32,000 nucleotides of DNA from an uncultured Oligoflexia bacterium (GTDB taxonomy: Bacteria; Bdellovibrionota; UBA1018; UBA6935). Below are positions 1 to 7,695 of the stretch, one piece after another. The notes below the pieces were generated by a model, which was given only the letters and a program-made list of their open reading frames with translations, had not been told where the DNA came from and searched no databases. Every line of letters begins with the position of its first letter. The first letter of the stretch is position 1. The DNA lies in contig CAXGWU010000012.1 of assembly GCA_964013565.1 (NCBI GenBank), positions 8,008 to 40,007 on the forward strand, given 5' to 3'. Both the position numbers and the translations under genes were made by a program.

Positions 1-42
1 CATCCCCAAAAGTTCAGACTCATCGCCCAGAAGAAAAAAATG

Positions 43-60
43 AGAGGCGTCCTTGCCTCT
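43..60 (-). terminator. Possible intrinsic terminator in minus orientation
   Basis: AGAGGC(43-48)-gtcctt-GCCTCT(55-60). The minus-strand 3' side reads CA then T7 (complement of the A run 34-40). Confidence 0.35.
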
Positions 61-165
61 AAAAAATGACAGATCATCTTTCTTATCATAAAATTTTTAG
101 AGAGTTAGAGCAATCTGTTCTATTTTTGACACCGATATGTATCTTTATGATACATGGGGAGGATG

Positions 166-399
166 ATGAGATCAGCAGTAATTAAAAAAATTCGAGTAGT
201 AGCTAAAGAAGCTGCTTTTATTTATGGAGTATTTGAAGCGAATGAAGGAGTAACTGCGTATACCACTCTTCCTCATCAAGCAGGTGCTTTGTATCGTGAC
301 ATTGAATTGACGATTCCTCCTGATCAAATCGAGGAATTAAATGAGATACTTAAAGAATTATCTCAATCGATAGAGATAATCGAATTAAAAGGAGAATGA
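166..399 (+). CDS. Small protein, DUF4911-like
   Basis: The ORF track starts at 154, but GGGGAGG at 156-162 suggests a start at ATG 163 or 166. The product resembles short DUF4911-type proteins and abuts tldD. Confidence 0.6.
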   Translation: MRSAVIKKIRVVAKEAAFIYGVFEANEGVTAYTTLPHQAGALYRDIELTIPPDQIEELNEILKELSQSIEIIELKGE

Positions 400-400
400 A

Positions 401-1861
401 ATGACAAACTCGCCTTTAACTGTCGAGCTTAAAAAATGGACATCAAATCAAATTGATGTTTATAAAATTTTAGACTTAGCGTTAAGTCGAGGCGGTGGTG
501 TTGCCGAACTTTTCTTTGAACAAGTAGAGTCAAGTCGAATTTCTTATGAAGACAGTAAAGTTGATAAGGTTATTGAAGGGACTGATACGGGTGTCGCACT
601 TCGTATTATTCGAGATCATAAAACAACCCTTGGATATACGACAGATCTATCGGAATCTTCGTTGTTGGAACTTGCAAAACAGTTGTCACAATCATTGGAT
701 GGAGAGAGAACTCATTCTCCTCAAACACAGTGGACTTATCCTCATCAGATGAATTTAGAAATTTTGAATTACGATGTTAAAGAATCTCCTCAAGAAGCAT
801 CGATAGATACAAAAGTTCAATATTTGAAGGAAATAGACGAAGAATTAAGATCTAAACCGATTCACTTACGACAAGTGACTGCATTTTTCTTGGATTCGAA
901 AAGAAAAACATTAACTATAAATAGCGAAGGACTGGTTTCTCCTGTCTCAAAAACTTATCTTCAAGTTGGAGTACAGGCCGTTGGAGAAAAAGAAGGTCGT
1001 GTTGAATCTACTTACATTACAGAAGGTGGGTTTATTGGAATGGAGCTCCTTAAAGAGCACTCTCCAAGATCTTTAGCGATTAAAGCAGCGAATCGATTGT
1101 CCGTACTTCTTGATTCATCTCCTGCGCCTGCTGGGACGATGCCAGTGGTGATTTCTGCAGAAGCTGGAGGAACCATGGTTCATGAAGCCGTCGGGCATGG
1201 ATTAGAGGCTGATCTTGCATGTAATGGTCTCTCTGTTTATCAAGGAAAAGTCGGAAAAAAAGTCGCTTCAGATAAAGTTACTGTCATAGATGACGGAACT
1301 CTGTTGCAAAAACGAGGAAGTTACGCGTTTGATGATGAAGGAACTCCTTCGCGTCGTAATGTATTGATTGAGAATGGAATGCTAAAAGGATATATGGTCG
1401 ATCGGGTTTCAGCAATGAAGTTTGATTTGATGGCTACTGGAAATGGGAGAAGAGAGTCTTTTCGTCACAAACCCATTGTTCGAATGACTAATACGCTTAT
1501 TGCTCCAGGAGAAGATGACCCTGAACAGATTTTAAAAGAAACCGACTATGGTGTCTTTGTAAAAGGAATGGGGGGAGGACAGGTGAACACGGTGACTGGA
1601 GATTTTGTTTTTGCGGTCACAGAAGGGTATTTAATCCGAAATGGTGAAATTGCAGAACCTATTCGTGGAGCAACCCTTGTTGGAAATGGTCCTCAAGTTT
1701 TGATGGATGTTGATCGAGTTGGAACAGATTTAGGGTTTGTCACTGGGACTTGTGGGAAAGATGGTCAAGGAGCTCCCGTTACCGATGCTCAACCGACTCT
1801 TAGAATTCCTCGTTTGACTGTTGGGGGAGAGGTTCCAATGGAAACCTACTTTAAAAAATAG
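401..1861 (+). CDS. tldD: TldD/PmbA-family metalloprotease (TldD)
   Basis: Full-length 486 aa. Contains the HEAVGHG metal-binding motif, GTCGKDGQGAPV near the C-terminus, and typical TldD architecture. Confidence 0.92.
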   Translation: MTNSPLTVELKKWTSNQIDVYKILDLALSRGGGVAELFFEQVESSRISYEDSKVDKVIEGTDTGVALRIIRDHKTTLGYTTDLSESSLLELAKQLSQSLDGERTHSPQTQWTYPHQMNLEILNYDVKESPQEASIDTKVQYLKEIDEELRSKPIHLRQVTAFFLDSKRKTLTINSEGLVSPVSKTYLQVGVQAVGEKEGRVESTYITEGGFIGMELLKEHSPRSLAIKAANRLSVLLDSSPAPAGTMPVVISAEAGGTMVHEAVGHGLEADLACNGLSVYQGKVGKKVASDKVTVIDDGTLLQKRGSYAFDDEGTPSRRNVLIENGMLKGYMVDRVSAMKFDLMATGNGRRESFRHKPIVRMTNTLIAPGEDDPEQILKETDYGVFVKGMGGGQVNTVTGDFVFAVTEGYLIRNGEIAEPIRGATLVGNGPQVLMDVDRVGTDLGFVTGTCGKDGQGAPVTDAQPTLRIPRLTVGGEVPMETYFKK

Positions 1862-1901
1862 TCTAATAAAGAGGCATTTTTTTTGCACATCTTTAAATAA
1901 G

Positions 1902-2912
1902 ATGTGGTGTTGGTTTTTTATATTTTTATTGATTTTGTATTCTTTTGATCAGCTTTTAAGTGGGGGGCTTGAGTTTCGTAGAAACTTAAGATTTGAACCC
2001 AATGGGGTGGTCTTTAAGGGAATGGAACTTACTCTATTTGATATTGAGGAAAGGTTAAAGGTAGGAGTGGTTCCAGAAGAGGAGCAGTGGAAATTGGTAG
2101 GTGAGTTTCCTTCTCCATGGGGCAGTTTAATGAGTACTCTTATTTCTCAAGTAAGAGACTCTGGTTTACGTGTATTGCCTATTCTGACTCGTTTTCGAAT
2201 GCTTGTGAGGCAATGGCTAGAGCAAAGACAAAAGGCTGCGGCGCAAACAGCATCTTCTTGGGTTCAAACAGGTATTTGTTTATTTATTTCTCCTTTTCTT
2301 GGTGTGTTTTTACTCGTTTGGATTCCTCTTTTGTCTGAGTTTATATTTGAATGGGTGATGGTAGTTTTGATTTGTACCTTTTTGTGTGGAATTGCTGGAT
2401 TTCAGATTTTAAAATTGTCTCAGAATGCTCGATATGGAGGGATATCTTCTTCTCGAAGAAGCTGGCTTCTTTGTTCATTTGTTTTTCCTGAGTATCTAAT
2501 TGCTCAAATTCAAGGAGGGGTCACTCCAGATTTCGCGTGGGAAATAATGATCAGACAATTAAAAAACATAGATCCCGATTTAGCTCATTTTTGGGGACCT
2601 CAGATTTGGAATGAAGATATACAAACAGTTCAGTTTGACTCACATTTAGAAGAAAGAATATCTCAGTTTGGATGTTCAATGAAAAGAACAATTCAGTACT
2701 CTCTTATCGAAGGAGTAGGAGTATTTGAGCGTCTTGAATCAACTTTAAATTCTTTTAAACAAGAAACTGAACTTGGAATAGAAAAAGAATTGAATTTACT
2801 TTCAACTCGAGTTTTTAAGCCACTCTATTTATTAGTAGCTCCAGCTATCTTATTTGAGTTTTTTGCTGGAATTGGAATGATGTTTATAAAAGAAATGAAG
2901 TTTTTAGAGTGA
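1902..2912 (+). CDS. Tad/type II secretion F-domain-like inner-membrane protein
   Basis: The ORF is open from 1821, but the first 27 codons overlap tldD. ATG 1902 gives MWCWFFIFLLILYSF. Hydrophobic segments and a C-terminal T2SSF-like pattern, next to CpaF and secretin genes. Confidence 0.6.
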   Translation: MWCWFFIFLLILYSFDQLLSGGLEFRRNLRFEPNGVVFKGMELTLFDIEERLKVGVVPEEEQWKLVGEFPSPWGSLMSTLISQVRDSGLRVLPILTRFRMLVRQWLEQRQKAAAQTASSWVQTGICLFISPFLGVFLLVWIPLLSEFIFEWVMVVLICTFLCGIAGFQILKLSQNARYGGISSSRRSWLLCSFVFPEYLIAQIQGGVTPDFAWEIMIRQLKNIDPDLAHFWGPQIWNEDIQTVQFDSHLEERISQFGCSMKRTIQYSLIEGVGVFERLESTLNSFKQETELGIEKELNLLSTRVFKPLYLLVAPAILFEFFAGIGMMFIKEMKFLE

Positions 2913-3016
2913 ATTCTTTTTTTGAAGAAATAATAAGTACACTTTTTTGGATTTTAGTAGTGGGAAGTATTCTTTTTGGACATCCTTGGTATTTTAATTT
3001 GTTATCATTCTTTTAA
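2909..3016 (+). CDS. Candidate 35-aa hydrophobic peptide
   Basis: GTG start overlaps the TGA of the preceding gene (GTGA). Translation: V/MNSFFEEIISTLFWILVVGSILFGHPWYFNLLSFF*. No strong Shine-Dalgarno; its 3' end overlaps the convergent ATPase gene. Confidence 0.3.
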   Translation: MNSFFEEIISTLFWILVVGSILFGHPWYFNLLSFF

Positions 3017-3929
3017 TTTCAATATCATTTTCTTTCCAAGAAATTGATGATACTTCATTTATTTTTCTTCCTTCAGGACTACGAGAAACTTGAATAATCC
3101 AATGAATTCCGTGTCCGATCAGATTTTTAATAACTGATATAGGAATTGCTCCTTTTGCGGCAATTAAACAAAGAAGTTCAATTCTTTGTACAGCTTCTTG
3201 AGTCGAGTTTGAATGAATGGTTGCGATCGTTCCATCATGACCTGTATTTAACGATTGAAGTAAATCAAGAACTTCTTCTCCTCTACATTCTCCGAGAAGA
3301 ATTCGATCAGGTCTCATTCTTAAAGTTTGTTTTAAAAGTTGATTTAAAGATACTGCTCCATATCCGTCTACAGAAGAGGGACGACTTAAAAGTCGAATAA
3401 AATGATTATGGTGTGGAGAAAGTTCCGCTGTATCTTCTAGTGCAATAATTCTCTCCTCGGTAGGAATTTCTTCAATAAGTTCTTTCATTAATGTTGTTTT
3501 TCCACTCCCGGTTGCTCCTGAAATGAGTATGTTTTTTTTATTAATGACTTGTTTTTTTAAAAATAAGTAAAAAGGATCATTGATCCATTTTTTATTAATT
3601 TTTATTTTTTTATGAAAATTTGAAAGTTTTCTAATAGAAATTAATGGACCTGGAGAAGCGAGTGGTTCAAAGGCAATATGAACTCTAAGACAGTTATCGA
3701 TCGATAGGTCTACGAAAGGGAATTGTGCATTCCAGCTTTTTCCCAATAATGATAAAAGTTGAATAATCCAAGAATGAATTTCTAGTTCAAGTTCGTTGGT
3801 GGATCGAGTCATTCCACTTCCGTTGTCGTAATAGAGATTACCATTGCCATTGATACAAATATCAGTGACCTCAGGAGAATTAAGTAAAATTTGTATTGAT
3901 TCCGGCCAATCTACTTGAGTGCGTTCCAT
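2994..3929 (-). CDS. CpaF/TadA-type secretion ATPase, compact form
   Basis: Walker A GATGSGKTT, ALEDTAEL, and LGECRGEEVLDLLQSLNTGHDGTIATIHSNS are hallmark CpaF motifs. Length is 311 aa. Confidence 0.88.
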   Translation of the reverse strand: MERTQVDWPESIQILLNSPEVTDICINGNGNLYYDNGSGMTRSTNELELEIHSWIIQLLSLLGKSWNAQFPFVDLSIDNCLRVHIAFEPLASPGPLISIRKLSNFHKKIKINKKWINDPFYLFLKKQVINKKNILISGATGSGKTTLMKELIEEIPTEERIIALEDTAELSPHHNHFIRLLSRPSSVDGYGAVSLNQLLKQTLRMRPDRILLGECRGEEVLDLLQSLNTGHDGTIATIHSNSTQEAVQRIELLCLIAAKGAIPISVIKNLIGHGIHWIIQVSRSPEGRKINEVSSISWKENDIEIKRMITN

Positions 3930-5380
3930 GGATAGTCTTTGCTTTCTTTGAGTTGTTGAATTTTTTTTGGAGTCATCCAGTTTCGTGGCGGAGGGATTGT
4001 TCCTTTGGGAAAATCAAAAAACGAATTTCGATGATTTAGGTTTTTAAGAGAAGTGAGATGAGGAATGAGTGCAACAATGAGTTCAGATTCGTCATTTTGG
4101 TAATGAGTACTTCCAAAAAGTTTTCCAAAAACCGGAATTTGTGAAAAAAAAGAAATTCCTTTTTTGTTTTCTTTTACTCTCTCGTGGAGAAGTCCGCAGA
4201 GTAGAATCGGTCTTCCATAGAAGGCTTCTACCTCAGTTTTTAAGTGATTAGATCTAATTCCAGGAATATCTTCTGGACCAATTTGGTAATCAAGTTCACT
4301 CATTTTTGCATCTATTTTAAATCTTACTTGTTGAAGAGAAGATGTTGTTGCATCGATTTCGAGTTGGAGTCCATATTTTTTCCAGTTGACTTGTGTAGCG
4401 AAACGGCTTTGAAGTTTTATAGGAAGTTCACCTCCAGAAAATAAAGACGCTTTTCCAGGAGTTCGTATAGAGATTTCAGGTTGAGAAAGAACTTGTAGAA
4501 TTCCTTTGTTCTTCAATAGATTAATTTTTCCTAGAAATTCAAATTGAAAAGAAAGTCCAGCAGGGTCAACTTTTAAAAGTTCAGCTCCTCCTGTTGGCCA
4601 GTCAATGCCCACACTGCTTAGGGTGGATCGGTCGACTTCTAAAATATAAACTTTAAAAAAAATATTTGGACCGTCCGAAAAATTTTTAGAAATGATTTTA
4701 ATCATCGGAAAGCTTTTTTTAATCTCAGAAACCCATTGATTAAACCCTGTTTTTTCTAGCGGATTTTCAGGAGATTGAGTAAAAATTACTAAATCGTGTG
4801 GAGTTGTATTTATTTGAATGTTTCGTCGAAAATGCGAATTTACTATTTGAGTATTTAATCGAGATAGAATTTTTTCTTTTAGTGTTTCTGACCATTGAAG
4901 ATCGGATTGGATTTTCTTCGGGTATTGATTTTTTAAGAGAGAAGCGACTTCAGCTTCTTCCCAATTATGCAGAGTTCCTTTGAGTAAATATCCTTTAGTT
5001 GTGGGGATAACGTTAATGTGAGGTAATTGGTCGATTAGAAAGTTTATTGTTCGGTCATATTTTTTTTGTTTTTTCCAAGGAAAAACTTCTATGGTTCTTT
5101 GAATTCCTTTTCCATCCGTTGTCCATATCCATAGAGAAGTTATTCCTGGGGTAATTCCCTTTAAGCTTAGCGTGTTTTTGGAGTGAGAAGAGAGTTCTTC
5201 TGGAAGGGGGATCGCGCGGACTATTTTTGAACCGATTGAGAATTTTTTGAGATTTTCGATGGATAGAATTCTTTGTTCTCCGACGCCTAAGCTCAGAGGA
5301 TATTGTTGTTGGATATTAAAGCCATAGACCGGATTCCAAAGAGCAAAAAAACTGAGCAAAAGCCATAAAGTGAGTTTCAT
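3911..5380 (-). CDS. CpaC/RcpA-type secretin
   Basis: Signal peptide, N-terminal pilus-assembly-like domain, C-terminal secretin signature (VLSQPEISIRTPGKASLFSGGELPI ... SQIPVFGKLFGS). Its 3' end overlaps the ATPase start. Confidence 0.87.
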   Translation of the reverse strand: MKLTLWLLLSFFALWNPVYGFNIQQQYPLSLGVGEQRILSIENLKKFSIGSKIVRAIPLPEELSSHSKNTLSLKGITPGITSLWIWTTDGKGIQRTIEVFPWKKQKKYDRTINFLIDQLPHINVIPTTKGYLLKGTLHNWEEAEVASLLKNQYPKKIQSDLQWSETLKEKILSRLNTQIVNSHFRRNIQINTTPHDLVIFTQSPENPLEKTGFNQWVSEIKKSFPMIKIISKNFSDGPNIFFKVYILEVDRSTLSSVGIDWPTGGAELLKVDPAGLSFQFEFLGKINLLKNKGILQVLSQPEISIRTPGKASLFSGGELPIKLQSRFATQVNWKKYGLQLEIDATTSSLQQVRFKIDAKMSELDYQIGPEDIPGIRSNHLKTEVEAFYGRPILLCGLLHERVKENKKGISFFSQIPVFGKLFGSTHYQNDESELIVALIPHLTSLKNLNHRNSFFDFPKGTIPPPRNWMTPKKIQQLKESKDYPWNALK

Positions 5381-5491
5381 GAGAGGGAACTGAGCAAAAT
5401 AAAGGCCAATTGAGTTGAGAGGAACCTCTAGTTTGCTGGAGTTAGTCAGTAAAGCATTGTTTTGTTTGTCTTTTTAAAAAAAATCAAATAA

Positions 5492-5521
5492 TTGACATTT
5501 CATGTGTAAACACGCTAAATA
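5492..5521 (+). promoter_or_regulatory. Sigma70-type promoter for the 41-aa ORF, possibly also metK
   Basis: TTGACA at 5492-5497, 18-nt spacer, TAAATA at 5516-5521 (or CTAAAT with a 17-nt spacer). Confidence 0.5.
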
Positions 5522-5547
5522 ACAAAACTTAATATTCTGGAGGAATT

Positions 5548-5673
5548 ATGGCTTCTGATGCTTTACGTACATATAACCGTAGAAAAAATAAAAAATCGAA
5601 AACAGGAAAAAAACGAAAAAGCGAAAATGAAAACAAGGGAACTACACCTAAGTTTCCTATTCACAAAGATTAG
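5548..5673 (+). CDS. 41-aa Lys/Arg-rich basic protein (absent from the ORF track)
   Basis: Strong Shine-Dalgarno (GGAGG at 5539-5543) 4 nt before ATG. MASDALRTYNRRKNKKSKTGKKRKSENENKGTTPKFPIHKD*. Confidence 0.65.
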   Translation: MASDALRTYNRRKNKKSKTGKKRKSENENKGTTPKFPIHKD

Positions 5674-5747
5674 TTTTTGTATTTAGGCTTTAAATTTTAA
5701 TTATTTGTATAGCGCGCCACAAAAAGTTCGTTTAGGGGGAAACATTT

Positions 5748-6911
5748 ATGGCTGGAAATTATTTATTTACTTCTGAATCAGTAACAGAAGGACATCCTGA
5801 TAAAATTGCGGATCAGATCTCAGACTCCGTTTTGGATGCTTTTTTAGAGCAAGACCCTGCTTCGCGGGTTGCTTGTGAGACTTTGATTACCACAGGCCTT
5901 GTTGTTCTAGCTGGTGAGGTGACGACCAATGCTCAAGTTGACTTTCAGTCTGTTGTTCGTGATCGTATCCGTGAGATTGGTTATGACTCTTCTGAAAAAG
6001 GATTCGATTGTGATACCTGTGCGGTCATGGTTTCTTTAGACAGGCAATCTCCTGATATTTCAAAAGGGGTTACTACTGGAGACGGTGATTTTAATAGTGA
6101 TGAGCAGGGAGCCGGTGATCAAGGACTCATGTTTGGTTATGCGATCAATGAGACAGACACATTAATGCCTTTGACGACTCATCTTGCGCAAACAATGTCT
6201 CGTCGCCTGACTGAAGTGAGAAAATCAAAAGTTCTTCCATTTTTGAGGCCAGATGGAAAAACACAGGTCACCGTTGAATACGTGGATGGTAAACCTCGAA
6301 GGGTTGACGCAGTCGTTGTGAGTTCTCAGCATGACGAAAAAGTGTCTCAAAAAGATTTAAGAGAGGCAATTATCGAAGAGGTTGTTAAGAAAACGCTTCC
6401 TCATGAATATATTGACTCTAAGACTAAATATTTTATTAACCCAACTGGACGTTTTGTTATCGGTGGCCCAATGGGGGATTGTGGTCTTACTGGTCGTAAA
6501 ATCATTGTTGATACTTACGGTGGTCATGGAGCTCATGGTGGAGGTGCTTTTTCTGGAAAAGACCCTTCTAAGGTAGATCGCTCAGCAGCATATGCTGCAC
6601 GTTATGTTGCTAAGAATCTAGTTGCTGCAGGAATGGCTGATCGCTGTTTGGTTCAGCTTGCATATGCGATTGGGGTTCCAGAACCAATGAGTATTAATAT
6701 CGAAACTTTTGGTACAGAAAAAGTTCCAGTTGAAAAAATGCAGACTGCGGTGAAAGAGCTTTTTCAGCTCAAGCCTCAAGGAATTGTGACGAGTCTAGAT
6801 TTACTTCGTCCAATATACGCTAAAACTGCTGCGTATGGTCATTTTGGAAGAACCGATATTGATCTTTCTTGGGAACAACTTGATAAAGTTTCGGCAATAC
6901 AGGGGTTATAA
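5748..6911 (+). CDS. metK: S-adenosylmethionine synthetase
   Basis: [53 protein letters not shown]. Full length, 387 aa. Confidence 0.98.
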   Translation: MAGNYLFTSESVTEGHPDKIADQISDSVLDAFLEQDPASRVACETLITTGLVVLAGEVTTNAQVDFQSVVRDRIREIGYDSSEKGFDCDTCAVMVSLDRQSPDISKGVTTGDGDFNSDEQGAGDQGLMFGYAINETDTLMPLTTHLAQTMSRRLTEVRKSKVLPFLRPDGKTQVTVEYVDGKPRRVDAVVVSSQHDEKVSQKDLREAIIEEVVKKTLPHEYIDSKTKYFINPTGRFVIGGPMGDCGLTGRKIIVDTYGGHGAHGGGAFSGKDPSKVDRSAAYAARYVAKNLVAAGMADRCLVQLAYAIGVPEPMSINIETFGTEKVPVEKMQTAVKELFQLKPQGIVTSLDLLRPIYAKTAAYGHFGRTDIDLSWEQLDKVSAIQGL

Positions 6912-6977
6912 GAGCAGTTTAAAAAATGGGTGAGGCCTAGATTCAGAAAAGTTGCTTCAGGTCGTTTTATGATATTG

Positions 6978-6998
6978 AAAAGAGATTCTCTCTTTTTT
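6978..6998 (+). terminator. AT-rich intrinsic-terminator-like hairpin after metK
   Basis: AAAAGAGA(6978-6985)-ttc-TCTCTTTT(6989-6996), followed by TT. Confidence 0.35.
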
Positions 6999-7011
6999 AG
7001 GATGTAGGCTC

Positions 7012-7230
7012 ATGCATTATATTTTTTCACTTGCTCGTATTTTTCCTTTTTGGGCTTTGCCTTTAGCTTTTGTTTTAGCTGAACTGGGCGTTTATTTTCG
7101 AAGGCGAAATAGCTCTTCTCAGTTTGTTTGTTGGGGAATGGTTGCTTTTTTGGGTATTTTAACGATCTGTTGGTTTATTTTTCGAGGCGACTTGAATTCC
7201 GATTATTGGATAAAGAGTTTCGAGAGGTAG
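7012..7230 (+). CDS. Small membrane protein of unknown function
   Basis: 72 aa with two hydrophobic segments; purine-rich AGGATG upstream. Confidence 0.5.
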   Translation: MHYIFSLARIFPFWALPLAFVLAELGVYFRRRNSSSQFVCWGMVAFLGILTICWFIFRGDLNSDYWIKSFER

Positions 7231-7478
7231 ATAAAATTCTGACATAAGGTGTCAAAACGCTCCCATGAACCTCTCTTGACAAAACTCATTTTAAATAAAC
7301 TGATGTTGTTTTGGCTATTTTCTGTACTTTTGGTCAAAAAAAAATCAATTGATGCCTTTTATATAAAATAAGTAATATCAAATAGTTATATCTAATGCTT
7401 GAAGAAGGCGTTAAAAAAATTTCGATCTTTTGGAAATAATTTTGACAGCGCGGTAAAAACTCCTTAGCCTTTTTATGT

Positions 7479-7658
7479 GGACGTCGTTTGAACTGACGTT
7501 TGATGGTCATTTACGAAGATTTCTAGGACGAATGAAACGTAAGTAGCATGACCTTAATACGTTAGGACGTTTCAGATTCGGTGCAAGGGATAGCGCAAAA
7601 AGATTGCCTCTCCCTGGCAAATGGAAAGGCCGGTATTTCCTCTTAAAAAGGAAATACC
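7479..7658 (+). ncRNA. Candidate structured RNA (stand-alone ncRNA or cis-regulatory leader)
   Basis: Four consecutive stems: ACGTC/GACGT (7481-7485/7495-7499), TGAAACGT/ACGTTTCA (7533-7540/7567-7574) with an inner UACG-capped stem, TGC-AGGGA/TCCCT-GCA (7582-7590/7611-7619) with inner GCAA/TTGC, and GGTATTTCC/GGAAATACC (7632-7640/7650-7658). Confidence 0.45.
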
Positions 7659-7695
7659 ATTTATTGAACACTCAAGGAAGGGTAAGGGGGCACTG

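Noticed and set aside
1-153. Left-edge partial gene
   Set aside because: Two short frames end near 43 and 69, but too little sequence is present to support either one.
1821-1901. Upstream part of the 1821-2912 ORF as coding
   Set aside because: It overlaps the C-terminus of tldD and would precede a natural hydrophobic N-terminus starting at 1902.
2909-3016. Interpreting the 35-aa hydrophobic ORF as a Flp pilin
   Set aside because: It lacks a prepilin cleavage motif (G followed by an E/Y processing site) and is too short.
5381-5747. SAM-responsive riboswitch upstream of metK
   Set aside because: The metK leader is short (74 nt after the small ORF) and shows no SAM-I, SAM-II or SAM-IV core motif that I recognise.
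7575-7660. Known riboswitch classes (c-di-GMP GEMM-I, cobalamin, TPP) in the structured region
   Set aside because: I compared the signature strings from memory and none matched convincingly, although GCAA/GGAAAGGCCGG fragments look suggestive. Infernal/Rfam is needed to settle this.
7621-7695. ORF-track extension of the AAA+ regulator to ATG 7621
   Set aside because: ATG 7696 has AAGGGGG at ideal spacing and begins at the usual domain boundary. The extension runs through the perfect GGTATTTCC/GGAAATACC hairpin and encodes non-conserved-looking residues.
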